NCBI GenBank assembly: GCA_943787795.1
Contig: CALSNU010000004.1
Coordinates: forward strand, 288,001-352,000
DNA length: 64,000 nt
Source: an uncultured bacterium
GTDB taxonomy: Bacteria; Planctomycetota; UBA1135; GCA-002686595
Direction: 5' to 3'
The notes under the pieces are model-generated. The model did no database searches. It was not told where the DNA came from and was given only the letters and a program-made list of their open reading frames with translations. A program made the position numbers and the translations under genes. Below, piece by piece: positions 18,824-30,000 of the stretch. Positions within the stretch are counted from its first letter, which is position 1. Every line of letters begins with the position of its first letter.

Positions 18824-21166
18824 ATGGCCGATTCACAGCCCCAGGGGGACAAGGCGCGCAAGCCCCGTCCCTTCGGTTCGTTCCTCCTGTTCCTCACCGT
18901 CATCGTGGTGGTGCTGGTCGCGTTCAGCGGCAGCAGCCTGCGCAAGACCGAGGAGTTCACGCAGGATGTCTTCCTGCACGCGCTCGTCACGGGCACGGTC
19001 CAGCGCCTCGAGCTGAAGGGCCAGACCGACGTGGAGGGCGTCCTGACCTCCGGGAAGTCGTTCCAGACGTCCTTCGCCAGCGTCGCCGAGCACGAGGACT
19101 ACTGGCGCGACGTCAAGGCGCGCGCGAGGTACACCAGCGTCCAGCCCGGCCCGCTCCTGACCGCGCTGTCCGACGGGACCTTCCAGCCGACCGAGGTCTG
19201 GCAGGTGACCGAGGTCTCCGTGGAGTCGACGCGAGCCCCTGAGGCGGACGAGGTCCCCACGGTGCCCCGCACCCGCCAGACCGACCGCCTGTACGTCTTC
19301 GGCGTGGCCACCCCGGGATCAGGCTTCACCCCCACCGACGGCACGGTGGGCGAGGGGACCAACGGAGAGAAGGGCGACTACGAGATCGCCCTGAAGGTCG
19401 GCAACGTCGCGCCGCAGCTCACGGAGATCCGGGAGGCGCTGGTCGCCAAGGGGGCCACGCTCAAGCCGTGGTCCTTCGACCTGACTCCCAACGGGGGCAC
19501 CGTGCACGGCCCCCCCGACGGGTCGTTCACGCTCATGCTGCTGACCTACGGTCCGTGGATCCTCATCTTCGCCATCTTCATCCTGTTCATGCGCCAGATG
19601 CGCAGCCAGGGCTCAGGTGCGGGCGTCATGAGTTTCGGACGCAGCCGCGCGCAGATGTACACGAAGGAGAACCACACTGGCGTCACCTTCGAGGACGTCG
19701 CCGGAGCCCAGGAAGCCAAGGCCGAGGTGCGCGAGGTCGTCGAGTTCCTCAAGAACCCCGGTAAGTTCACGCGCATCGGCGGCCGCATCCCCCGGGGCGT
19801 CCTCCTCGTCGGGTCACCAGGCTGTGGCAAGACGCTGCTCGCCAAGGCGATCGCCGGTGAAGCTGAGGTGCCCTTCTTCTCGATCTCGGGCTCCGACTTC
19901 GTCGAGATGTTCGTGGGTGTCGGCGCGAGCCGCGTCCGGGACCTCTTCAAGCAGGCCCGCGAGAACTCGCCCTGCATCATCTTCCTGGACGAGATTGACG
20001 CCGTTGGCCGCAGGCGCGGCAGCGGCATGGGTGGAGGGCACGATGAGCGTGAGCAGACCCTCAACGCGATCCTCGTCGAGATGGACGGCTTCAGCACCGA
20101 CGAGGGCATCATCGTCGTGGCCGCGACCAACCGCCCGGACGTGCTCGACCCCGCGCTGCTCCGCCCCGGCCGCTTCGATCGGGAGGTGACCATTGACCTG
20201 CCCGACCTCGACGGACGTGAGGCGATCCTCGGCGTGCACCTCAAGAAGGTCCGCGTGGCCAAGGGGATCGAGGTCATCGACCTCGCCCGAGCCACGCCCG
20301 GCTACTCCGGCGCCGACCTCGCCGCCATCGTGAACGAGGCGGCCATCATGGCCGTGCTTGACAAGAAGGACGAGATCGAGATGCCGCACCTCGAGGAGGC
20401 GGCGGCGAAGGTCCGCTACGGGCGACAGAAGATCGCCCGCAACGTCGAGAAGGAGGACCTCGAGATCACCGCCTACCACGAGGCGGGTCACACCATCGTG
20501 GCTGCGAAGCTCGAGGACCAGGTGGACGTGCCCCACAAGGTCACCATCGTGCCCCGCGGGCGCGCCCTCGGCGCGACCATGATGCTCCCGGAGAAGGAGA
20601 GCTACCACACCCAGCGGCGCCGGCTGCTCGGCCAGCTCGCCATGCTCTACGGAGGTCGAGTCGCCGAGGAGATCTTCTGCGGCGACATCTCCGCCGGCGC
20701 CTCAGATGACATCCGGAGGGCCACCGAGCTGGCGCGCGCGATGGTCACCGAGCTCGGCATGAGCGACAAGGTGGGTCCCATCAACTTCGCGGAGCGCCAG
20801 GGCTCGGACTTCCTGGGCACGGAGCTCATGAGCGGCAAGTGGCACTCCGAGGAGACCGCTCGCGAGATCGACGAGGAGATCAGGCGCATCATGCGCGAGG
20901 CCTATGAGCTCGCCCGCGACCTCGTGGGAGAGAGCCGCGAAGCGATGGAGCGCCTCACCCAGGGGCTGCTGCTCTACGAGACGCTGGACCGCGAGGAGAT
21001 CGCAAAGCTGATCGACGGCGAGGCACCCGAGAGCCTCCGGGAGAAGACCGCCGAGGAGATCCGCGAGGAGCGCCGCTCGGCCAAGCCCTCCCCCCCTCCC
21101 GTGGCAGCGCCCGAGCTGGACATCGACGGCGACAGCGGCTCCATGCCCGGCCTCTCGCCGGCCTGA
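18824..21166 (+). CDS. ftsH: ATP-dependent zinc metalloprotease FtsH
   Basis: Two TM segments, Walker A GSPGCGKT, Walker [32 protein letters not shown], and HEAGH zinc motif. Confidence 0.98.
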   Translation: MADSQPQGDKARKPRPFGSFLLFLTVIVVVLVAFSGSSLRKTEEFTQDVFLHALVTGTVQRLELKGQTDVEGVLTSGKSFQTSFASVAEHEDYWRDVKARARYTSVQPGPLLTALSDGTFQPTEVWQVTEVSVESTRAPEADEVPTVPRTRQTDRLYVFGVATPGSGFTPTDGTVGEGTNGEKGDYEIALKVGNVAPQLTEIREALVAKGATLKPWSFDLTPNGGTVHGPPDGSFTLMLLTYGPWILIFAIFILFMRQMRSQGSGAGVMSFGRSRAQMYTKENHTGVTFEDVAGAQEAKAEVREVVEFLKNPGKFTRIGGRIPRGVLLVGSPGCGKTLLAKAIAGEAEVPFFSISGSDFVEMFVGVGASRVRDLFKQARENSPCIIFLDEIDAVGRRRGSGMGGGHDEREQTLNAILVEMDGFSTDEGIIVVAATNRPDVLDPALLRPGRFDREVTIDLPDLDGREAILGVHLKKVRVAKGIEVIDLARATPGYSGADLAAIVNEAAIMAVLDKKDEIEMPHLEEAAAKVRYGRQKIARNVEKEDLEITAYHEAGHTIVAAKLEDQVDVPHKVTIVPRGRALGATMMLPEKESYHTQRRRLLGQLAMLYGGRVAEEIFCGDISAGASDDIRRATELARAMVTELGMSDKVGPINFAERQGSDFLGTELMSGKWHSEETAREIDEEIRRIMREAYELARDLVGESREAMERLTQGLLLYETLDREEIAKLIDGEAPESLREKTAEEIREERRSAKPSPPPVAAPELDIDGDSGSMPGLSPA

Positions 21167-21175
21167 CGGTCGACC

Positions 21176-22165
21176 TTGAGCGCCGTCGCCCCCCACGGCC
21201 AGGGGCCGCCCCGCCCCTGGCCCCTTGATCCTGAGCGCGGCTTCGCCCCCGGGTCGCGCACGCCCTCCATGATGGGCGTGGTCAACGTCACCCCCGACAG
21301 CTTCTCGGACGGCGGACGGTTCCTCGATCCGGATCGCGCCATCGAGCACGGCCTCCAGCTCATCGACGAGGGCGCCGACGTGCTCGACGTGGGCGGCGAG
21401 TCCACCCGTCCCGGGGCCGACCCAGTTCCTGCCGAGGAGGAGCTACGGCGCATCCTCCCGGTCATCGAGGCCCTCGCGGCGCGAGGCTCCGTCCCGATCT
21501 CCGTGGACACCACCAAGGCCTGCGTGGCCCGTCTCGCGGTGGAAGCAGGCGCTCGCATCGTCAACGACATCAGCGGGGGGCTCGCGGATCCAGAGATGAT
21601 CCCGACGGTCGCCCAGCTCAGAGAGGACCATGACCTGTTCCTGGTCCTCATGCATCGACAGGGCGCGCCGGAGTCCATGCAAGCGGCCCCTCGGTACGGA
21701 GATGCCCTCTCAGAGGTTCGGCGGTGCCTCCAGGAGCGGATGGAGGCCGGCCTCGAGGCAGGGATCCCCGCTGACCGGCTGGCCCTCGACCCGGGGATCG
21801 GCTTCGGGAAGAGCCTCGAGCACAATCTGCAGCTCCTTCGGGGCCTGACCGAACTGCGCGCCGTGGGCTCGCCACTGCTCCTCGGCGTCTCCCGGAAGTC
21901 CTTCATCGGGCACATCACGGGCCAGGAACGCGCCGCCGACTGGGAAGAGGCTGCCCGCCGACGGGCGCCTGACCAGCGGGAGCGGGTCGGGGGCACCGCG
22001 GCCGCGATCGCGCTCGCGGTCTCAACCGGCAGCGCAGACATCCTGAGGGTGCATGACGTGGCGATCATGCGAGAGGCCGTCCTCGTAGCCGCGGCCATCG
22101 GCCCCTGCCAGGGAGGGACCGCGTCGAGCCCCTCCGAGAGGACCGGCCCACAAGCTGCGGATTGA
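21176..22165 (+). CDS. folP: Dihydropteroate synthase
   Basis: MGVVNVTPDSFSDGG, DVGGESTRPG, SVDT, NDISG, LDPGIGFGK, GVSRKSF and LRVHDV. Confidence 0.96.
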   Translation: MSAVAPHGQGPPRPWPLDPERGFAPGSRTPSMMGVVNVTPDSFSDGGRFLDPDRAIEHGLQLIDEGADVLDVGGESTRPGADPVPAEEELRRILPVIEALAARGSVPISVDTTKACVARLAVEAGARIVNDISGGLADPEMIPTVAQLREDHDLFLVLMHRQGAPESMQAAPRYGDALSEVRRCLQERMEAGLEAGIPADRLALDPGIGFGKSLEHNLQLLRGLTELRAVGSPLLLGVSRKSFIGHITGQERAADWEEAARRRAPDQRERVGGTAAAIALAVSTGSADILRVHDVAIMREAVLVAAAIGPCQGGTASSPSERTGPQAAD

Positions 22166-22358
22166 CGCGAGGGAGGCCGCCGGGCCGCCGCCCGAGAACA
22201 GGGCTTCACTCCAGCCCCCTGGACCGCCGATCCAGGGAGAGGGCGCGAGCCGGCCACGGACGACCGTATAGGGATGCGGCGCGTGCTCACGGACCTCTTG
22301 GGCGATAGTCTTGGGGTTCGTAGCGGCCGATCGCGCCAGAACCGCACGCCACCCAAAG

Positions 22359-24345
22359 ATGCCCCCCGACCCCAAGACAATCGCTCAGGTCTTCATCCTG
22401 ACGGTCGGGATCCAGCTGTTCCTGTCCTTCCTCACGACCGCGCGTAGCAGCCGGATGATTCGAGGGGCGGCCCTCGCGTACTTCTTCCTGTACGGGGTCC
22501 TCCTGAGCGTCGCGGAGCAGGCCGACCTCGTGGAGCTGGAGGTCATCGTGAACAGCGTGACGGGCTTCGCCGTGGTCATCCTGGCGGTGGTCTTCCAGCC
22601 GGAGCTGCGCCGCGGGATCGTGAGGATCGGGGACACCCCCCTCCTCCGCCGCTTCCTCGGGCGCCAGTCCTACGACGCCGTGGATGAGGTCGCCGAGGCA
22701 TGCATCTCCATGGCGAAGCGTAAACAGGGGGCGCTCATCGCCTTCGAACGCCAGGCGACCCTCGACTCCTACACGACCAACTCCGTCAAGGTCGACGGCA
22801 ACGTCCATCGGGACCTGCTGGACAGCATCTTCCACACCGGCGGCGCCCTGCACGATGGGGCCGTCATCCTCCGGGAGGGCCGGGTGCTCTGCGCCATGGC
22901 GATCCTCCCGCTGTCAGAGAACGATCAGCTGGCGAGCTCGGTGGGCACCCGACACCGGGCGGCCCTCGGCCTCACCGAAGAGACCGACGCCGTCGTCGTC
23001 GCCGTCTCCGAGGAGACGGGGCTCATCTCGGTCTTCCAGGGTGGAACGATGGAGCGGCGCGTCCTCCGTGATGAGCTCGGCGATGTGCTCCGCGCGCGCC
23101 TCGGCGGGGACGACCTCGCCGCCCCCAGTCGAGCCGAGCGGCGCCCGCTCCTCGGGCGGCTTGCGAAGATGGCCTTCGGAGACCCTGGCGGGAAGCTCAC
23201 GTCCCTGCTCCTCGCCGTCTTCATCTTCTCCCTCGCGGGCCGCGCGGTGATGGGCGAGCAGACCTTCACGGTCGAGGTGCAAGTCGAGGCGGGATCAGAG
23301 GCCAACACCATTCCGACCCGCGGCGTCCTGACCGTCGTGCTCCCGAGCGAGGGTCTGCACCTCGCCAACCCCATGGACGGGGCCCGCCTTGAGGTACGCG
23401 CGGAGGCCTCCGAGGCGCAGCTCGACATGATCCGAGGGGGCCTCGGCGGCGTCCTGCTCGTCGACGAGGGTTGGGTGGGCAAGGAACGCCAGGTGGAGCC
23501 CTCGGACCTCTCATGGGGACTCGGGCGGGTTCTGGGGGAGCTGGAGGTTCAATTCGTCACGCCGGAGGCCCTCGTCCTGAAGGTCGAGCAGTACGCCAAC
23601 GATGAGATCGAGCCCTCGATCGCCTCCCTGGCCACCTCACCGGAGGCTGCTGCGGCCGGAGACTTCGCGCTGATCTCCCTCCCCCAGGCCTCGGGCCTCC
23701 TCGCCGAGTCCCTCGAGTTCAACCCGTCGCGCGTGGGGGTCCGCGGCCCGGCGGACGTGATCGAGTCCATCTCCGCCGACCCCTCGATCCTCGCCTTCGA
23801 GCCGATCGACCTGTCGGCCTATTCGGGGCGAGGCTTCGTCGAGCGCGTGCGGATCGATCGCACGAAGCTGCCGGAGATCGAGATCGACGGGGAGCTGTTC
23901 CTGCGGGGAGAGCTGGCCCCGAAGGAGATCCTGATCACCACGCTGGAACTGGAGGTCGCCCTGGTGTCCTTCGACGCGGCGCGCCTCACAGGCGACATCC
24001 CTTTCCTCCCCCCCCACCGAGCTGGTCAAGGTCCAGGTGATGGAGCGCGGGCTCTTTCCTGAGGGGCTCCCCGAGGCCACACGGACCCAGATGCTCCAGG
24101 AGGTCCTGCAGTTTGCCAGAGAGAACGCGCGGGTCTTCGTGGACGTGGACCGTGCCCTCCGTGAACCGGGTAACCGAGCGCCGGTGGAAATTGATGCCCT
24201 CGACCCGCTCTGGCGCCAGCGGCTCGGCCCCTACTTCAACGAGGCCAAGGCCGACCCGGCGTCCTCGCTCCGCCTCATCGTGGATGATTCCACGAGCTCC
24301 ATCGCCCTTGTCCGCGAACTGCCAGATGACGACCAAGAGAAGTGA
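22359..24345 (+). CDS. dacA: Diadenylate cyclase CdaA/DacA fused to a CdaR/YbbR-like extension, apparent +1 frameshift in a C8 run (24008-24015)
   Basis: Three N-terminal TMs, FQPELRR, LHDGAV and GTRHRAA catalytic motifs, VSEETG. Then a TM (KLTSLLLAVFIFSL) and a beta-rich region with PSRVGVRGP. Deleting one C joins ORF 24037..24345. Confidence 0.85.
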
Positions 24346-25723
24346 AGGCCCGATCTTTGGGACCGACGGGATCCGCGGCCGCGCCCTGGAGGGGTGGCTC
24401 ACGACAGCAGCGGTGGAGGCCCTCGGGCGCGCCGCAGGGGCGGTGCTCAGCCGCGACTCCGACGGCAGCGAAGGCGAGGCGCTGATCGCCCACGACGGCC
24501 GCGCCTCCGCCGCTCCGATTCAGGAGGCGCTGGCCCGCGGCCTCGCCCAGTCCGGGATCCGCGCGACGACCGCGGGGCTCCTTCCGACGCCGGGCCTCGC
24601 CTGGCTGACCGGGTCGAGGCCTGTGACGCTGGGAGCCATGATCAGCGCCTCCCACAACCCCGCGGAGGACAACGGGATCAAGCTCTTCGCCGGGGGCGGC
24701 AACAAGCTGACCGACGCAGAGCAGGCCGAGATCGAGGTCCGCCTGCGAGATGAGTTGGAACGGGTCGACCCGGACGCTGAGTCGAACGAGCCGGCCGGGC
24801 CGGCCCTGGCCCGAGACGAGTCCCTGCACTCCGCCTACGCGGATCACCTGGTCGCCCTCGGCACGGAAGGGGACCCCCTGGACCTCAGCGGCCTCAACAT
24901 CGTCGTGGACGCGGCCAACGGGGCCGCGAGCTCGGTCGGCCCCGATGTCCTCCGGCGTCTCGGCGCCGAGGTCACCGGCCTTCACTGCGCGCCCGACGGG
25001 CTGAACATCAACGCCGACTGCGGCTCGACCCACCCGGAGTCCCTGCAGGCGCGGGTCCTTGAGACCGGCGCGAGCCTCGGCATCGCCCTGGATGGCGACG
25101 CAGATCGCTGCCTGCTCGTCGATGAGCAGGGGCAGCTGGTCGACGGGGACGCGATCATGACCATCATCGCTCGCGACGCCGCCCAGAGAGGCCTCTGGAA
25201 GGACCCGCGTATCGTCGCCACCGTGATGAGCAACCGGGGCCTCCACCGGGCTCTCTCCCCCAGCGGCATCGGGGTCCATGAGGTCGGCGTCGGCGACCGG
25301 CAAGTCGTCGAGGGCCTGCGCTCGGAGGGCCTCCGCCTCGGCGGCGAGAAGTCAGGGCACGTCATCTTCGGCTCGGAGAACGGCTTCATCGGCGACGGGC
25401 TCTTGACGGCGCTGCACGTGCTCGGCGTGGCCGTACGTAACCAGGCCACCCTCTCCAGCCTCGCCGCCCCGTTCATCCCCTTTCCGCAGGTCTTGCTCGG
25501 GCTCGTGGTGTCATCCAAGCCTGACCTGGAGACCCTCACTGAGTTCCAGGCCCTCCGCGCCCGCTTCGAAGAGGAGCTGGGCGCAGACGGACGCGTCAAC
25601 GTCCGTTACTCCGGTACGGAGCCCAAGGCGCGAGTGATGATCGAGGGGCCTGACGAGCAGCGAATCGAACAGATGGCCGTTCAGCTCTCCGAGGCGCTCG
25701 CCCGGGAGATCGAGCGCGGATGA
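24326..25723 (+). CDS. glmM: Phosphoglucosamine mutase
   Basis: IFGTDGIRG, MISASHNP, DGDADR, ATVMSN, GGEKSGH and RYSGTEP. Confidence 0.96.
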   Translation: MTTKRSEGPIFGTDGIRGRALEGWLTTAAVEALGRAAGAVLSRDSDGSEGEALIAHDGRASAAPIQEALARGLAQSGIRATTAGLLPTPGLAWLTGSRPVTLGAMISASHNPAEDNGIKLFAGGGNKLTDAEQAEIEVRLRDELERVDPDAESNEPAGPALARDESLHSAYADHLVALGTEGDPLDLSGLNIVVDAANGAASSVGPDVLRRLGAEVTGLHCAPDGLNINADCGSTHPESLQARVLETGASLGIALDGDADRCLLVDEQGQLVDGDAIMTIIARDAAQRGLWKDPRIVATVMSNRGLHRALSPSGIGVHEVGVGDRQVVEGLRSEGLRLGGEKSGHVIFGSENGFIGDGLLTALHVLGVAVRNQATLSSLAAPFIPFPQVLLGLVVSSKPDLETLTEFQALRARFEEELGADGRVNVRYSGTEPKARVMIEGPDEQRIEQMAVQLSEALAREIERG

Positions 25724-26427
25724 ACGACAGGTCACGGGAGAGGGTCCGCGAGACACCGAGGCTCGTGGTGGCGCTGGAGACCTCCACCCGCCCGGCCTCC
25801 ATCGCCGCGCGTGGGCCCGAGGGTCAACGCGCTGCGCTCACCCTGGAGGAGGACCGCCGGCACGCGAGCGATCTGCTCGGCGCCCTCGGTGAGCTGGTCA
25901 AGCAGGTCGGCGCGACACCCTCGGACCTGGACCTCGTCCTCGCCGGCACCGGCCCAGGGAGCTACACCGGCCTGAGGGTCGGCGCCTCCACTGCCCTTGG
26001 CCTCATGCGCGGCTCCGACGCAGAGGTCCTCGGGCTGCCCTCCTTTGACGCCATCGCTGCCGACGGCCTCGCCGCCGGAGAGCGCGGCGCCGTACTGCGC
26101 AACGCCTTCGGAGGACACCTCTACGTCGCGGTCTACGAACGCCCGGAGGAGGACGTCCTCCAGCTGGAGGAGCCCACATGCCTGCAGCCAGCCGCGAGTC
26201 TCGAGCTGCTCGCCGACGTGCCCGTGCTCCTGGCCGACGGGGCGGCGTTGAAGGCGCTCGCGGCAGATCCTCCGGCCTCGATGGAGGTGCGGCTGGCTCC
26301 CCGTGCGAAGGCAGAGCATCTGCTCGACCTCGGGCTCAAGCGGCTGGAGGCCGGCGCAGTCCCTGGCGCAGAGACCCTGCGGCCGCTCTACCTTCGCCCC
26401 TACGACGCGAAGGTGCGCCGACGCTGA
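25720..26427 (+). CDS. tsaB: tRNA threonylcarbamoyladenosine biosynthesis protein TsaB
   Basis: VALETST, HASDL, GTGPGSYTGLRVG and C-terminal LRPLYLR. Confidence 0.9.
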   Translation: MNDRSRERVRETPRLVVALETSTRPASIAARGPEGQRAALTLEEDRRHASDLLGALGELVKQVGATPSDLDLVLAGTGPGSYTGLRVGASTALGLMRGSDAEVLGLPSFDAIAADGLAAGERGAVLRNAFGGHLYVAVYERPEEDVLQLEEPTCLQPAASLELLADVPVLLADGAALKALAADPPASMEVRLAPRAKAEHLLDLGLKRLEAGAVPGAETLRPLYLRPYDAKVRRR

Positions 26428-26506
26428 CCGCGTCGCGCGAACGGGTGAGTCCACCCCGGGATCCAATCCAAGGTCTATCCCAGGACCCAATCCAACGGAA
26501 CGCGAA

Positions 26507-26539
26507 GAGCCGCTCCCCACCATCGGTGGGGAGCGGCTC
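26507..26539. terminator. 15-bp perfect hairpin between convergent tsaB and histone genes (probable bidirectional terminator)
   Basis: GAGCCGCTCCCCACC-ATC-GGTGGGGAGCGGCTC, followed by short T stretches on both strands. Confidence 0.7.
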
Positions 26540-26597
26540 CTTCATGCTCTGGTTCGGCGAGAGGACCGTGCCGCGAGGCACGCCTCCCGCCGAGGGA

Positions 26598-26861
26598 TCA
26601 GAGGTCCTGCGGACGCAGGGTACGGCGGTTGTTCGCGTCGGCCCGCGCCTCGGCGCCGGCGATCATCTCGCGAACCTTTTCGTCCAGCGCGGCGTAGAAG
26701 TCACCGGAGACGTTGATCGACGCGCAGGCCTTGGTGCGGCTCTTGCTGATGATCATGTCGACGGCGCCCTTCTTCTTGCTGGCCTTCTTCTTGGTCTTAC
26801 GGGCGGGGGCCTTCTTGGCGGCCGCCTTCTTGGTGGCGCGCTTGGCTTTTTTCTTTGCCAT
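26598..26861 (-). CDS. Bacterial histone-fold protein with Lys/Ala-rich N-terminal tail
   Basis: MIISKSRTK...INVSGDFYAALDEKVREMIAGAEARADANNRRTLRPQDL matches the short prokaryotic histone fold with RxTxxxxD; residues 1-31 are a basic tail. Confidence 0.85.
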   Translation of the reverse strand: MAKKKAKRATKKAAAKKAPARKTKKKASKKKGAVDMIISKSRTKACASINVSGDFYAALDEKVREMIAGAEARADANNRRTLRPQDL

Positions 26862-27050
26862 GACTCGATGCCCCGAAAGTGGGGCTGGGAGGGTCTGGGT
26901 TTGGATTCAGTGCGGTGAGAGAGAGGATTCCGTAACGCTTCGGGGAGAGTGACGGTCGCGCGAGGCGATGTCAACGGCCAGAATCACCCGAGATGGGCCT
27001 AAATAAAGCCGATCCAGGAAGCGGGCCCCCCGCAGCCTGACCAAGTCGAG

Positions 27051-30000
27051 ATGAAGGACACCGCTGAGGATCTTGAGACGAGAGCGCTGCGACGCTCCCT
27101 CCGGGCGCGGCGACCGCTGGCGGTCGCCGCTCGGGCGGTCGTCAGCCTGGCGGGATGGGTGTGCTTCGTGGGGATCCTGGTGGCGCTGCTGGCGGAGAAC
27201 CACCCCGCCCTCGAGCGCTGGGTCGCCCAGGTGGTCCGAGACCGAGTCGCAGGTGCCCTGACCCGCTCCGTGCAGGTCGACGACGTGGACTTCCGGTGGC
27301 TGGATCGCTCGGTGGCCTTCCGGGGTATCGCCCTCGGGCCGACGGGGCGTGAGCTCCAGCTCGATGAGCTCACCTTGCGCATCGGCTGGAACCCCGAGCG
27401 AGGCCTGCACCTCGACCGAGTGGTCCTCGAGGGCGGCGTCCTCGAGCTCTCCGAGGCGCTCGCTGTGGACATGGAGAAGGTCGGCGAAGGGGACCAGACC
27501 ACCCTCGATTTCCTCGCCAACAGCCCCGAGGTGGTCGTCCGAGACCTCCGCGTGCGGGTGGTCCCGCCGCAGAGCAGCACCATCGCGCTCGGGTCCGTCG
27601 ACCTCTGTATGACCCGACTCACGGACGAGCTGGCGTCGATCTACGGTCGCCTCGTGCCCGCGCTGGGCAGCACTCCGGGCGGCGCCGGGGTGGTGTGGCT
27701 GAACGGGACCCTCGACGCCAACAGGGTCGCGCGCGTACGGGGAGTCGCGCGCAGCCTTGAGCTGGGCAGCGCGCTGCAACGCCGCGCCCTCTCGAACGGC
27801 CTCCTCCCCCCCGAGCTCCTCGCCCTCGACCCCAGCGCGAAGATCGACCTGGTCGCCCACGCGAGCTATGAGATTGGCCGTTCGCTCCTCCCGGACGTGA
27901 ACGGGACGCTGCAACTCTCCCAGGGTGCGCTGGAGCTCCCCTGGATCGAGGACCCGTCCAAGCGGACAGCCACGGACATCGCATTGCTGGTGGACGGGCG
28001 GTTCAACCCGGAGGATCCCGACCACCCGTTCGACCCCGAGGCCTGGCAAGGGCGAGGCGTCCTCGAGGGGCGTATCGGTGGCGTCAAGGCGGCGGCCGGA
28101 TTCCGCCTCGGAAAGGACGCTCCGCTGGGCTCTTCCCTGGAGGTCTGGGCCGACGTTCCCGCCGCCCCGCTGGGCGAGGAGCTGATGGTGTTGATCGGAA
28201 ATGAGCAGAGCCTCTCTGACGTCCACGAGATGCTGGCCAGCCAGGGACAGGCAGACATCAGCCTCGGGGTGCGACTCCGGACCGACGGCGACCCCGGCGG
28301 CGAGCTGGTCGACAACCTCGAGAAGTTCGCCCTCGTCCGCCCAACCGGCGGCGCAGCCCTCGCATACCACGGGGTCGTCGATCCGCGGACCCGGCGGCAG
28401 GGAACCGGATTTCCCGTTCCGGTGGAAGGGGTCATGGGCGACGTCACCTGGAGCGTGCGCACCGAGGGTGAATTCCGCGGACAGCTGGCGTTCTACGACG
28501 TGACCTGCTTCCAGGCCGGCGGCCCGCTCGAGGTCCAGGGGTCGCTGCACTTCACCCCCACTCCGCCGGGTGAGTTGCCCGAGAAGGAAGATCGACCCCC
28601 TGCGCCCTTCCACCTGATCGTCCAGTCCAACTCGCTCCCGGTGGACTCTGCGTTCAGGGCGTCCTTTGACTCGCTCCGCGACGTGGACGCAGCACAAGAG
28701 ATCGTGCCGACCTGGGGTCCCGACGGCGGCGCGCTCGACTTCAAGCTGGAGCTATGGAGGGGACCGGACGATCTCCACATGATCACAGCGATCGACGCCC
28801 AGCTTCGAAACGTCGGCTTCACGTGGGATGCGTTGCCGGTGCCGATCACGGATACGAACGGGCAGCTGCGCATCCGCACCCACACCCAGGGGGAGCGCTC
28901 CTCCCTCCAGCTTCAGGCGACCGCCAGGTCCCCCATCGCTGCCAGCCCAATCCAGATCGAAGGCCGAACGATGAGCGCGGGCACCGACCGCGGGCTTGAG
29001 TGGTTCGAGGTCGACCTGGGCGGCCTGAATCCAGGGCACGAGGCTCTCCGGTCGAGCCTCGTGCAGAACGGCTCGGAGGCCTTGGCTGCCCTCGATGGCT
29101 CGGGGCTCGCGGGGTCCGTCGACGTGAAGGCCACGGTCACACGGGCCATCCCCTTGGCTGACGCCAGAGCCCTCGGTGGCGAGGGGAGCGCTGTTGGCAC
29201 AGGGTCGAACGAGGAGGCTTACCTCGGAGGGCCCGAAGCCTGGCTCGAGTTCCGCCCCACCGATTCCCGCAGCGGGGTCCAGCTTCGCCCCTCGGCGCCC
29301 GGGATCACCACCCGCGAGACCCACGGGAGCGTCCGGGCGTGGACCATGCTGCCCTCCGAGCCCGCCCTGGCGGGAGGAGGGGCTCCGCAGCCGCTCACCT
29401 GGGTCCAAGGGCGCGTCCAGGGCCGGTGGGCCCAGGACGGCCCTCACGTCCCCGTGGTGGCCTTCCTCGAGACCGGCCCAGCCCGAGCGCCCGAACTACG
29501 CGCCTTCGGCGCCGGGCTCGACCTCGCTGACGACAAGCTGGTCTCCGCTCTGACCAGCATCGCCCTGCCCGATGAGTCCACCGGACCCTCCTTCGCCGAT
29601 CAGCAACTCGAACTGCAGGGGCGCGCAGACTTCGAGACTCGACTGCGGCTACCCGAGGAGCCCGGCGCCCCGGTCGAGGACCTCGAGGTCTCCGTGGAGA
29701 CACGCCTGGATCGACTTGGGTTCGGAGACGAGAAGCGGCTGAGCGAGGTGTCCGCGCACTTCAGGCTTGAGCCCGGGACGGGGCAGTGGATCGGAGAGGA
29801 GATCAACGGGCGCCTCGCTGGGACTCCGGTGCAGCTGTCTGACTTTTCATGGGCCCCTGGCGAGGACCGCTCCACCTTCCGCACCCGGATCTCCGCCCCG
29901 AATCTCCCCATCGATGAGGAGCACCTGAGGTTCTTCCTCGACCCCGGGACCCTTCGGACGGTGCTCGATGACCTCAAGGCGAGCGGGCGCTTCGCCCTCG

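Noticed and set aside
26598..26861. Plain histone H1-like (Hc1/AlgP-type) low-complexity protein
   Set aside because: Only the first 31 aa are low complexity; the remainder has core histone-fold features.
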